Shown: positions 11,532 through 20,987, numbered from the stretch's first letter. The stretch: DNA of 50,415 nt from an uncultured Candidatus Saccharibacteria bacterium (GCA_964394505.1 CAYMXR010000002.1:2494-52908); one strand, 5' to 3'. Numbers and translations are program-made. Notes: generated by a model not told the origin, from the letters alone.

Positions 11532-12086
11532 CTATTTAGCACAATCAATGGCCTTGGCGTCAGTATCGATATCTCCTGCAACAGTAGGAAATTGAGCACC
11601 TTTTTGAACTTTACCAGAAGAATTCATGCAATAGGCATCACCATCAGAAAGCTTGGCGTATATAGCATATCCACTACTAATATTTGTGTTGTCTTTGGTA
11701 ATAATTATGGAGCCGGCTTGTATAACAGGTGGAGCTGCATCTGTTCCTGCATATCCAACAGTACCAGTCACACCTGCCTGTGTTTGCTGTGTTATTGTAT
11801 CAGCAATTAAACTTCTCAATTCTGCAGACATTGTACCATTAGTAACAACCGTACTATATCTAGCAATCCTGGAAACTGGTGTTAGATCTTTGTATTTACC
11901 ATAAAAATCGGTATTATTTTCCAAAGCAGTCTTCATACTCCTTACATTAGAAATAATCCTTGCATCATTCCCCTTCTTCCTAGCTGATTGCAAGGAGACG
12001 AGAACGACTGAGGCTAAGATACCAATAATCGCGATAACTACGAGCAACTCGATGAGGGTGAAACCTCGTGTGAATCTTCGTGACAT
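11532..12086 (-). CDS. Type IV pilin paralogue 4
   Basis: TRGFTLIELLVVIAIIGILASVVLVSLQSARKKG N-terminus and a C-terminal Cys pair (YCMNS...IDCAK). Confidence 0.88.
   Translation of the reverse strand: MSRRFTRGFTLIELLVVIAIIGILASVVLVSLQSARKKGNDARIISNVRSMKTALENNTDFYGKYKDLTPVSRIARYSTVVTNGTMSAELRSLIADTITQQTQAGVTGTVGYAGTDAAPPVIQAGSIIITKDNTNISSGYAIYAKLSDGDAYCMNSSGKVQKGAQFPTVAGDIDTDAKAIDCAK
12007..12074 (-). repeat. Partner copy of the 68-nt pilin 5' block at 11338..11405
   Basis: See partner entry. 66/68 identical. Confidence 0.9.
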
Positions 12087-12153
12087 GTTTTTATATTAAA
12101 TACTAATTAATAATAACTTGTTGATAAATAACCTTATGCAAGGCTTTTGTTGA

Positions 12154-12162
12154 ATTATAACA
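12154..12162 (-). promoter_or_regulatory. Extended -10 promoter (TGTTATAAT) upstream of pilin paralogue 4
   Basis: Minus-strand TGTTATAAT about 68 nt upstream of the ATG at 12086. No good -35, which is acceptable for an extended -10. Confidence 0.4.
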
Positions 12163-12216
12163 CCCATATCTATATTAGGGGTGCTTTTTGAGGACAAACT
12201 GTGGATAGTGTAAAAA

Positions 12217-12531
12217 CTAGGCAATCCTCAATCCCGTCTTCTTGATCTCGTGGACCATGGGGTCCGCATCATCCTGCCAGTCCTCGGGCGCAAAACCGTG
12301 TGGCTCGATGCGTAGATCGATGTCTCTGCGAAATTTCCACAAAAGAAACCTCCCTTCTTGGTATTTTTCTCTCAAATCTGAGGAAACAACCGCAACATCT
12401 ATGTCACTATCCTTTTTTGATAATCCTTTTGCTTGTGAACCAAAAAGGTAAATAGCATCAAAAGACATGCCTTTTTTTATAAGGTTTTCTGCAAATCTCT
12501 TAACTATATTTATTATTTCAACATTTGCCAT
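12217..12531 (-). CDS. Minimal nucleotidyltransferase (pol-beta superfamily), partner of the HEPN ORF
   Basis: LFGSQAKGLSKKDSDIDVAVV signature. Overlaps the upstream HEPN ORF by 19 nt. Confidence 0.78.
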   Translation of the reverse strand: MANVEIINIVKRFAENLIKKGMSFDAIYLFGSQAKGLSKKDSDIDVAVVSSDLREKYQEGRFLLWKFRRDIDLRIEPHGFAPEDWQDDADPMVHEIKKTGLRIA

Positions 12532-12902
12532 AACTTTTTGTATATAATGTTTATTTTATCAATATATAAACTCGAAAAATCTTTGGTACATTGCTTATAA
12601 AATTCCAACTTACGCTCTGGATACCTGGCTCGAATATTAAAATCATTTGCCTTATCCAACAGGTCAATCTCATCACTACTCAATGAAATACCAGACAATT
12701 TGTATAATTGCAAAAGATCGTGAATATAAGGAGCCTGCTCTTTTGTATTTTTAACAACCAACCCCTTCAATATCTTCTCCAAAATAATATGCCCAAAAAA
12801 CAGAGAGTCGGAATACCGGCCACTTATAAATAGAACATCCATCGTTTCTCGATCATGCTCGGCGGTTGCAATCCAATAATTGACTACATCTTCAATAATC
12901 AT
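12513..12902 (-). CDS. HEPN domain protein (classical HEPN type)
   Basis: 129 aa helical protein with IHDLLQLY...NIRARYPE, the H-x-L and RYP motifs I associate with NT-linked HEPN domains. Confidence 0.65.
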   Translation of the reverse strand: MIIEDVVNYWIATAEHDRETMDVLFISGRYSDSLFFGHIILEKILKGLVVKNTKEQAPYIHDLLQLYKLSGISLSSDEIDLLDKANDFNIRARYPERKLEFYKQCTKDFSSLYIDKINIIYKKLWQMLK

Positions 12903-12937
12903 AAGGACCTAATAATAACACAAAACCACACCAAACA

Positions 12938-14149
12938 CTACTGCGCACCGGCGATGTTGTATATAGGAACGAGGACGGAGGCGAGAAGCACTGCGACGCC
13001 ACCGCCAAGCAAGACGATCATCACCGGCTCGATAAGAGAAACCAGAGCATCGACGGCGGTCTTGACTTCACGAGTATAAAAGTTCGCCAAAGTCTTTAGG
13101 ATTGAACCGACTTCTCCGGTCTCCTCTCCAACCTTAGTCATCTGAACCATAATACCTGGAATCTCATGAGGTCTATTGGTTAGAGCTTCGGAAAGAGTCT
13201 TGCCACCTTTTACGGCTTCCGAAGCTTCGATAAGTATTCCTTGATAGACTTTATTATCAATAATGTTACCAGTAAGCTCTATCGCTCTTACAATCGGAAT
13301 ACCAGAAGTTAACATTGTACTCATATTGTCTGCCAAACGAGAAAGATAAAGCTTACGAAATAGTGTGCTTATATAAGGTATATTCAATTTGAAACGGTCG
13401 TAAACTTCTCGGCCGGAAGGAGTGCGAATAAATCTGACAACTAAGAAGGCTACCACTATAAAAATTGCAAGTAGTACAAATCCGTATTCCACAAAGAAAT
13501 TACTGATACCCAAAATCACCGTAGTATAAACAGGTAATTCTGTACCACTTTCTGTCAAAATACCACTAATCTTTGGAATAACCATCGTAAACATGAGGAT
13601 CATCACCGTAAAAAATGTTACAACCACGAAAGCGGGATATATAAGAGCGCCACGGACTTTCGAGGTCAATTCGTAGGTTCTATCTAAATATGAAGCCAGA
13701 TATTCGAAGATCTCATCTAACTTTCCCGACTCTTCACCAGACTTAACCATGCTGACATAAAAATCACTAAAGACTTTTGGATGTTTTGCCAAAGCAACCG
13801 AAATAGAACTTCCGCTTTGGAGGTCATCTGCTATCACTATCAATTTTGAACGCAATAGGCTATTTTCGGTCTCACCGGCCAAAAGACGAAAGACCCGAAG
13901 AGCCGAAACCTGGGCTTGGAACAATGTCGCCAATTGACGGGACAAAATGACGACATCCTTGCTCGAGACTCGATCGAAAAAAGAGATTTTGCCAGAAAGA
14001 AATGAACCTGGTGCTCCAGCTTCCTTTATCGAAGCCAAAACCAGACCTCTTCTTTGCAAAGAAGCAATAGCAACATCGACATTGATCGCGTCAATCGAGC
14101 CATTTTTTTTGGCACCGGTCTCATCTAATACTTCATAGTTAAATAACAT
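12938..14149 (-). CDS. pilC: Type IV pilus platform protein (GspF family)
   Basis: 403 aa with two GspF repeats, three TM segments and typical PilC sequence. Confidence 0.92.
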   Translation of the reverse strand: MLFNYEVLDETGAKKNGSIDAINVDVAIASLQRRGLVLASIKEAGAPGSFLSGKISFFDRVSSKDVVILSRQLATLFQAQVSALRVFRLLAGETENSLLRSKLIVIADDLQSGSSISVALAKHPKVFSDFYVSMVKSGEESGKLDEIFEYLASYLDRTYELTSKVRGALIYPAFVVVTFFTVMILMFTMVIPKISGILTESGTELPVYTTVILGISNFFVEYGFVLLAIFIVVAFLVVRFIRTPSGREVYDRFKLNIPYISTLFRKLYLSRLADNMSTMLTSGIPIVRAIELTGNIIDNKVYQGILIEASEAVKGGKTLSEALTNRPHEIPGIMVQMTKVGEETGEVGSILKTLANFYTREVKTAVDALVSLIEPVMIVLLGGGVAVLLASVLVPIYNIAGAQ

Positions 14150-14158
14150 ATTATTTGA

Positions 14159-15217
14159 TTATATCATTCTACCCAAACTTTTTGGATCCATCGAATTTGC
14201 ATAAGCATTTTCGACTGTAATCTCCCCCGTCCTAACCAACTCTGCCAAAGAACGATTCATGTCTATCATTCCTTCTTGAGAGCTAGTTTCGATGATCGTA
14301 TTCAATTCGTGTATTCTTTTTTCGCGAATCAAGTTTGAGACTGCAGTATTATTGATTAATAATTCATAAGCAGGAACTAGACCACCAGAAATTCTAGGGA
14401 TTAGCCTTTGAGAGAAAATACCATTTAGTGAGCCAGCCAATTGGACTCTGATTTGATCTTGTTGACCAGCAGGAAAAGAATCGATGATACGATCGATAGT
14501 TTGAGATGTATTGTTTGTATGCAAAGTAGAAAATACCAAGTGGCCTGTTTCGGCAGCCGTCACTGCTGTCGAGATCGTATTTATGTCGCGCATCTCACCG
14601 ACCATACACACATCGATATCCTGACGAAACATTGCCGTTAGAGCATTGGCAAAATCAGGTGCATCAATACGGATCTCTCTTTGATCTATGATGGATTTTT
14701 TTGATTCAAATTCGTATTCGATCGGATCTTCGATGGTTAAGATGTGTTCGGCTCTTGTTTGATTGATCATTTCGATCATTGTCGCCAAAGTTGTCGTCTT
14801 ACCCTGACCTATAGGACCGACTACCAAAAAAAATCCTTGGGGCTTACGAGTAAAGACCTCCAAAACAGGCGGAAGCTTGAGTTCCGATAGTGTTCTAATT
14901 GCTTTTGGGATCAAACGCAAAGCCACAGAAGGTTTGCCTTGATGAAAATAGATATTACCTCGAAAACGAGCGTTGGTAAGACTATATGAGAAATCGGCAG
15001 TCTTTTCTACATCCAAGATATCTTTATTCTCTGCTGTCAAGAAAACTCCAAGAAAACCCTTCATATCAGAATCAGTAATAACAGACTGTTTCAAAAGTGG
15101 TATCAAGTTACCAGAAACCCTGATAATTGGGTTTCTCCCAACCGAAAGATGAAGATCCGAGGCTCCCTCGTGCAAAAGCAGTGTCACCAAGTCATCTATA
15201 ATTTTTTTGTATTCCAT
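14159..15217 (-). CDS. pilT: Type IV pilus retraction ATPase
   Basis: 352 aa with Walker A GPIGQGKTTT, Asp box, GHLVFSTLHTNN His box, and PilT size with no N-terminal GspE domain. Confidence 0.88.
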   Translation of the reverse strand: MEYKKIIDDLVTLLLHEGASDLHLSVGRNPIIRVSGNLIPLLKQSVITDSDMKGFLGVFLTAENKDILDVEKTADFSYSLTNARFRGNIYFHQGKPSVALRLIPKAIRTLSELKLPPVLEVFTRKPQGFFLVVGPIGQGKTTTLATMIEMINQTRAEHILTIEDPIEYEFESKKSIIDQREIRIDAPDFANALTAMFRQDIDVCMVGEMRDINTISTAVTAAETGHLVFSTLHTNNTSQTIDRIIDSFPAGQQDQIRVQLAGSLNGIFSQRLIPRISGGLVPAYELLINNTAVSNLIREKRIHELNTIIETSSQEGMIDMNRSLAELVRTGEITVENAYANSMDPKSLGRMI

Positions 15218-15228
15218 TTGTTTTTTTA

Positions 15229-15642
15229 TTATGATTTTTTACTAGAGCAAATCTTCTCTACTTCTACTAGAACCTCTGATGGTATAGATGTTGCTTTGAC
15301 TATATAGCCATCTACATTGGCTTTTTGTGCTCTTGCAACATCATCAGAAGCGCTTTGGTTTGTAAGCATGATGATAGCTGAACCAGTAGCTAGTTTTTCT
15401 CCTCGAATGGTGGAAACAAAATCCAGACCGTCCATACCAGGCATAACAATATCGATCAACATTACATTTGGAACATATCCATCACGAAGAATTTTGAGGG
15501 CTAATTCGGTAGAATTTGCCACTTTTACATCATAACCGGCTTTGGTAAATTTCATTGAATACATGTCCAACAAAAAACTATCGTCATCAACAAACATTAT
15601 TTTCTTTTGAGTATTTTGATCTGCCATAATTATATTATACAA
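15229..15642 (-). CDS. Stand-alone response-regulator receiver domain (CheY/PilH-like)
   Basis: FVDDD acidic pocket, phospho-acceptor context LIDIVMPGMDG, conserved T (LTNQ) and K (GYIVKA). No output domain. Confidence 0.8.
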   Translation of the reverse strand: MYNIIMADQNTQKKIMFVDDDSFLLDMYSMKFTKAGYDVKVANSTELALKILRDGYVPNVMLIDIVMPGMDGLDFVSTIRGEKLATGSAIIMLTNQSASDDVARAQKANVDGYIVKATSIPSEVLVEVEKICSSKKS

Positions 15643-15653
15643 TAAAAAAATTA

Positions 15654-17387
15654 TTAAAGTTTATTTACCTCTTCAAAAGGAATCTTCTTTTCAAAAGCTT
15701 TGACAATGGCACTTTCTCGAATCGACAACATTCCCTTTTTTCTAGCAATCTTTAGGATCTCTGACTCGACAGGATTGGTCAAAATTGCATTTTCTATATC
15801 TCTATCCATCATGAACATCTCGAACACCGCCATGCGACCACGAGTACCCTTTGGACAATCTGGAGTAGGTTTTATCTTGTAGACCGTATCAGAAAATGGT
15901 ATTTCTTTCATATACTCTTCTGGTAAATCGATAAAATTCCTTTCAATAAGAGCTTTGGTATTTCCTTCAACTTTGATCAATTCGCCATTATTTGGGCAAA
16001 GTGTACCAACCAATCGTTGGGCAATAGTAAGGATAAGGGTCGGAGCAATAAGGTAAGGGTCGACTCCCATATCAATAAGACGAGGGATTACTCCGGCAGC
16101 GTTGTTTGTGTGTAGTGTCGAAAAAACCAAGTGACCAGTCAAAGCAGCTTGAACGGCCAGCTGGGCAGTTTCTTTGTCTCGAATCTCTCCTACCATGATC
16201 ACATCAGGGTCTTGTCGCAAAGTAGTACGGAGGCCGGAACTAAAATCATATCCTATTTCTGGACGGACTTGTGACTGACTTACCCCCTCGATCTGATATT
16301 CGACAGGATCTTCCAAAGAAAGCACATTGTAACTTTCTCGATCTACTTCTTCCAAAATCGAATAAAGGGTTGTGGACTTTCCGGAACCGGTAGGACCAGT
16401 AATAAGAATCATTCCGTAAGGAGCATTTATGGCTTTACGGACCATCTCTAGATACCTTGGAGAAAAACCAAGTTTGTCTATAGTGCGAATACCCTTGGCT
16501 TGATCCAAGATACGCATCACCACCTTTTCACCATAATAAGCTGGGAATGTAGAGACACGAAAGTCTATACGCCTTCCATCAATACGAGCAGAGAACCTAC
16601 CGTCTTGTGGTTTGCGTCTTTCGTCCAATTTCATATTAGACAAAACTTTGATACGAGAAACTACAGCCGAATGGATCTGCGGTGGCAAGACCAGACTAGT
16701 ATTCAATATCCCATCGACACGAAACCTAACTCTAACCTTCTCTCGCATATGCTCTATGTGCACATCAGAAGCTTCTCCTTCTACTGCATAACGGACAATT
16801 GTTGCCACGATCTTGACTACCGGTGCATCTTCGACTATCAACGCTTCTGATTTATCTTCTTCTGACTTACCATCTCCTTCTTTCTTATTCCCTTTCTTCT
16901 TTGAATCTACAACCTCTGCCGAAAGCTCCGTCTCGAGTTCTGACAAAGCTTTTGTTACTTCTCCAGTCAAACCTTTGTACATCTCTATGATCTTTTCAAA
17001 ATCGCTGACGGTAATAAGAAAAACATTGTAAGGAATATTCTTTTTAGTCGCCAAGAAATTTAGAGCGTCCCGAGCTTCCATATTGTCTGGATCAACGATT
17101 CCAACCTCCAAGGTATCGTTTACCAACCCTATCGGCGCAAAACGATAATGGCGTGCAGATTCTTCTGGAATATATTCCAAAACATCAAATGGTACTGTTG
17201 AAGCTCCGAGGGAACGAACGGGTACATTCAAAAACTCTCCCCTAGCATTCAAAATATCTTCTTGTTTAACACCGTGCGCAGCCAATGCTTCATCCATCGA
17301 AACACCGGTTGATATTTGTTTACGGATTTCTCCTATATCAACCTTATTAATCAACTTTTTTTGCAAAAGAATATCGAGGACTGACAT
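15654..17387 (-). CDS. pilB: Type IV pilus assembly (extension) ATPase
   Basis: 577 aa with an N-terminal GspE-N domain, Walker A GPTGSGKSTT and GHLVFSTLHTNN. Confidence 0.92.
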   Translation of the reverse strand: MSVLDILLQKKLINKVDIGEIRKQISTGVSMDEALAAHGVKQEDILNARGEFLNVPVRSLGASTVPFDVLEYIPEESARHYRFAPIGLVNDTLEVGIVDPDNMEARDALNFLATKKNIPYNVFLITVSDFEKIIEMYKGLTGEVTKALSELETELSAEVVDSKKKGNKKEGDGKSEEDKSEALIVEDAPVVKIVATIVRYAVEGEASDVHIEHMREKVRVRFRVDGILNTSLVLPPQIHSAVVSRIKVLSNMKLDERRKPQDGRFSARIDGRRIDFRVSTFPAYYGEKVVMRILDQAKGIRTIDKLGFSPRYLEMVRKAINAPYGMILITGPTGSGKSTTLYSILEEVDRESYNVLSLEDPVEYQIEGVSQSQVRPEIGYDFSSGLRTTLRQDPDVIMVGEIRDKETAQLAVQAALTGHLVFSTLHTNNAAGVIPRLIDMGVDPYLIAPTLILTIAQRLVGTLCPNNGELIKVEGNTKALIERNFIDLPEEYMKEIPFSDTVYKIKPTPDCPKGTRGRMAVFEMFMMDRDIENAILTNPVESEILKIARKKGMLSIRESAIVKAFEKKIPFEEVNKL

Positions 17388-17407
17388 GATGTTGATTTGT
17401 TATCGGA

Positions 17408-17734
17408 CTAACGACTAGAAGAAGGATTGGAAACTCCAGGTACTGGCGAAAAAGGATTCGACCTGCCAACTGAAAGAGTAGGAATTACGACCGAATGATC
17501 TATCAGAGTCTCGTAGGATTTATCGGAAAAAAAGCTACTGTCAATCGACAAAGAGTCGATCTCGTTTAGTAATCTCAAAACTCTTGATCCGACTACTTGG
17601 CTATCACCACCAGATTCAAGAGTTAAACTGTCGGTTGGTTTGGTTCCGCTCCAATAGAAATAACCAATTGCAAGAAATATAACTACAATAGTGATTACTA
17701 TATATGGGGTTTTGGATGTTTTGGGAGTATTCAT
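17408..17734 (-). CDS. Small single-pass membrane protein in the pilus assembly operon (PilP-like NPF motif)
   Basis: N-terminal TM helix and C-terminal RSNPFSPVPG, reminiscent of the PilP (R/D)PF motif. Call is from operon position only. Confidence 0.35.
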   Translation of the reverse strand: MNTPKTSKTPYIVITIVVIFLAIGYFYWSGTKPTDSLTLESGGDSQVVGSRVLRLLNEIDSLSIDSSFFSDKSYETLIDHSVVIPTLSVGRSNPFSPVPGVSNPSSSR

Positions 17735-17738
17735 AATA

Positions 17739-18317
17739 TTATGGAACTCTTGACCAGTAAGTTGTTAAACTAACCTTCCAATTGTACACGCCATCTTCAC
17801 TTGTTGTAACAGATAGACTATCAACATCCATAATTCTAAGATTTGACTCTATTGTCTGTAAAAAACTAATGAATTGCTGATATGTTGCATCTACATCAAA
17901 ATTTATCTTAGCTTTATCTAAAACAGGTGAAGCAACTTCACTATTTGCTCCTGGATCTATGGATTGATCTTGCGTAGCGTCTTCGGGAGAAGCGCTGCTA
18001 ATAGATACATTGACATTTTTCAAAGGAAGGCCTTTGCGATATGCAATATCATTCATCTCGATAATCAATCTAATATTATCGACATTTTTGGGGATAATCT
18101 TGTCTAGTTTGGCACGATTTTCTACAGACAACTTGTTGTAATCGAGAATCACCTTATCTCTAACATCGATCAATCTTTTTGCATTATCTATGGCTGTTTT
18201 GTACTCATCATTGGATAGTTTTACAATCTTTGCTTCAGCCAAAATATTGGTCGTAACAGTAAAGTATAGACCAACTGCAAGAATTATTAGGATAATGGCG
18301 TAGATGTTTTTGTTCAT
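17739..18317 (-). CDS. pilO: PilO-like pilus assembly protein
   Basis: N-terminal TM helix plus coiled coil plus C-terminal alpha/beta region, positioned between the pilN-like gene and pilB. Confidence 0.5.
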   Translation of the reverse strand: MNKNIYAIILIILAVGLYFTVTTNILAEAKIVKLSNDEYKTAIDNAKRLIDVRDKVILDYNKLSVENRAKLDKIIPKNVDNIRLIIEMNDIAYRKGLPLKNVNVSISSASPEDATQDQSIDPGANSEVASPVLDKAKINFDVDATYQQFISFLQTIESNLRIMDVDSLSVTTSEDGVYNWKVSLTTYWSRVP

Positions 18318-18322
18318 ATTTG

Positions 18323-18982
18323 TTATGGGCTAGCTATTGGATCATCGTTCACTGATTTCTCATAAGACAAAGCATTTGCATCAATTCTGGCTGATAACTC
18401 AAAAGATACCGTACCATTTGCGTTAGTCGTCGGATTGGACAAAATCGGACTTTTGATGACTTTTCCTAAGCCATAATCGGAAAGCTGACCAAGGATGTCA
18501 GATTGGAAGGCAATCGAAGGTAGGTCCTTACCGTAACCTTTTATGTTAAGTGTTATGTCACCACTATCTACTGAACCTCCTTTGAAATCCATACTAGTAA
18601 AACGAACATTATCGACTGCCAACTTTTGGACTATATCGAAAACTCTGGATACTGCGATGTGACTTTTTAAGATCTTTTTTGCCGAATCAATCTGAAAATT
18701 TATCCCCTTTAGTCTTTCTATTGTCTCAATCTGAAACTGCCCTTCTCTAGTTGCCAATTCTTTTTTGAAAAGTTCGTTTGTCGAGGTTAGGTATGATTTC
18801 CAAAAATAAGCACCTGCTATACCAGCCACCGAGATGACAAAAATTATGACCGCCACAAACATAAATATGCTTTCGGTAGTTGTACTTTTGGCCTTTTTTA
18901 CTGTCCCATTACTAATCACCCCGCTAACTTGGGATAGATTTTGTTTCTTGGGTATAAACGAAGTTTGAAACTTTTGTTCCAT
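18323..18982 (-). CDS. pilN: PilN-like pilus assembly protein
   Basis: Cytoplasmic N-terminus, single TM helix (FMFVAVIIFVISVAGIAGAYF), coiled coil. Immediately downstream of pilM. Confidence 0.5.
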   Translation of the reverse strand: MEQKFQTSFIPKKQNLSQVSGVISNGTVKKAKSTTTESIFMFVAVIIFVISVAGIAGAYFWKSYLTSTNELFKKELATREGQFQIETIERLKGINFQIDSAKKILKSHIAVSRVFDIVQKLAVDNVRFTSMDFKGGSVDSGDITLNIKGYGKDLPSIAFQSDILGQLSDYGLGKVIKSPILSNPTTNANGTVSFELSARIDANALSYEKSVNDDPIASP

Positions 18983-19037
18983 ATATTCATGTCAATTATA
19001 CCAATAATATCCTGATTTGGTATATGTGTATAACAAA

Positions 19038-20135
19038 TTATGAAAGTTCGGAGAGACGGCGTAACGCTATGCCAATGGCAACAGCGAATTCTGGACCTGT
19101 TTTTGTAAATTCTTCTGCCAAAACTGCAGGAGTTTCTAATTTACCGAACGGATCAGCACTTACGACTTCAGTCTGAAAACTAATTTTTGCCAAATCAACG
19201 AAGCCTTTTAATAATACGCCACCGCCTGTTAGATACACTTTACTAATATTTTTTGCATATTTCTTTTGATAAGACAACATTGCGCTATTTGCCTCGTACA
19301 AGATGTAATCTAGGTTTATGGTTATTATCTCGGTCAATTCTTTGTATTCCGGACCACCTTTTAGACCGTAAGTACGCTTCATGCTTTCTGCGGTTGCGAT
19401 AGAGACGGCGAGAGCCTTTGAAAGAGCAAGGGTGATATCCTGACTACCTTTGTTGATAATATGAGAAGAACGAAGAATTCCCCTTTCTGAAATATATAAC
19501 TTGGTTGATCTCGCACCCATATCGAGTATCATCGTAGTTGAGACGCCTTGATCTAAAATTGCTCGAATCGAACTAAATATCTCTATCTCATAAAAACTCG
19601 GTACCAATCCACTACCAGTCATGATTGACTGATATTCATTTATAAAATCATTGTGAATGGCGACAACCAAGACATCTTTACCGGCTTTTTCTTGTTTTTG
19701 TGTTTCATCTTGGGAAATATAATTTTCTTCGCGAGGAATTATGGAATAATCCAGCAAAACTTCACCCAATGGAACAGGGATATACTTTCTGGCTTCAATG
19801 GCAACAACATCCCCAATTTGATTTTCTGGAACAGGCGGTATGGTTATAAAAGCCAAAAGACTTGCCGAAAAAGGCAGAGACACACCACAAGCCGAGGTAG
19901 TAGTTTTTGCTTCACGAAGAATATCCTTTATTGCCTCAATGATCTTTGGAGTTTGTAAAGCGGTAGACTGACCAATCTCCAAACCGGCGTAAGGTCCAAG
20001 TGCTAGTTCACCATAAGTTTGCAAAACGGCTTTGCCATGTTTCTTTTTTATTTGAACTAATTTTATTGCCGAAGAACCTATATCTACACCCAAAACACTT
20101 ACTTCTTTTTTGAAAAATGAAGAGAAGAATGACAT
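19038..20135 (-). CDS. pilM: Type IV pilus assembly ATPase-fold protein PilM (actin-like)
   Basis: VLGVDIGSSAIKLVQI phosphate-1 motif and 365 aa actin/FtsA-like architecture. Confidence 0.85.
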   Translation of the reverse strand: MSFFSSFFKKEVSVLGVDIGSSAIKLVQIKKKHGKAVLQTYGELALGPYAGLEIGQSTALQTPKIIEAIKDILREAKTTTSACGVSLPFSASLLAFITIPPVPENQIGDVVAIEARKYIPVPLGEVLLDYSIIPREENYISQDETQKQEKAGKDVLVVAIHNDFINEYQSIMTGSGLVPSFYEIEIFSSIRAILDQGVSTTMILDMGARSTKLYISERGILRSSHIINKGSQDITLALSKALAVSIATAESMKRTYGLKGGPEYKELTEIITINLDYILYEANSAMLSYQKKYAKNISKVYLTGGGVLLKGFVDLAKISFQTEVVSADPFGKLETPAVLAEEFTKTGPEFAVAIGIALRRLSELS

Positions 20136-20162
20136 GGTTGTATTGTATCATATGGAGATAAA

Positions 20163-20987
20163 ATGTTGAAAGACAAAAATACTAATTCCCCCTATAATCT
20201 TGTTATGATTATTAAGTATTTAAAATCAATAGTTCAAATAATCATCAACTCACTATTCCCTATCTCAAATACAGATAAGTTGTTGTTTTCATACACACCC
20301 AAACAAGCCTTAGATAAATTACCCAAAGCCCTAAATACGCCAATCCAAGGCACCTATTCGGTTTTTGCTTACAAAGATGAAGTAGTTAAGAGACTAATTT
20401 GGAATATTAAATATAAAAAGAATGCGGAAGCGATTGAGATCGGTGGATATGCGTTGTATAGAAAGATAGGTGGAATAATCAATAACCAATTTCCAATAAC
20501 CCCTTCTTCGCCCCTCGATAAAAACTCGGGGCTACGAAGGGCAAGCAATGATCAGATTCTACTGATTCCAATCCCTATAACCCAAAGAAGAAAGAACGAG
20601 CGGGGGTTTAATCAGTGTGAGTTACTAGTAAACGAGATTCTTAGGCTAGATAAAGCCGACAAGAACCTTATCACTTCAAAGGATTTATTGACGAGAACAG
20701 TACACAAAGACAGACAGACCCTGAAAGGTCGCGATGAACGACTAGAGGACGCGAAGAATATTTTCTCGATAGACAATAAAATTCTTGATTTACTAGAGGA
20801 CAACTATTTTAAGTCAAACCAAAATCTGCTCGAAAATAACTTCACTTCAGATAATAAGTCCGCAAAAAATCTACTGGTAATAGTGATCGACGATGTAATC
20901 ACAACTGGTAGCACGATAAAGGAAGCAGTAGAAACTCTTATGTCAGCGGGATTTGATCGGGTAATCGGGATCTCTTTGGCACACTAA
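20163..20987 (+). CDS. comFC: ComF family phosphoribosyltransferase-fold protein
   Basis: C-terminal PRPP-binding motif LLVIVIDDVITTGSTIKEA. Divergent from pilM with a 27-nt spacer. Lacks the N-terminal Cys cluster and carries a low-complexity insertion. Confidence 0.75.
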   Translation: MLKDKNTNSPYNLVMIIKYLKSIVQIIINSLFPISNTDKLLFSYTPKQALDKLPKALNTPIQGTYSVFAYKDEVVKRLIWNIKYKKNAEAIEIGGYALYRKIGGIINNQFPITPSSPLDKNSGLRRASNDQILLIPIPITQRRKNERGFNQCELLVNEILRLDKADKNLITSKDLLTRTVHKDRQTLKGRDERLEDAKNIFSIDNKILDLLEDNYFKSNQNLLENNFTSDNKSAKNLLVIVIDDVITTGSTIKEAVETLMSAGFDRVIGISLAH

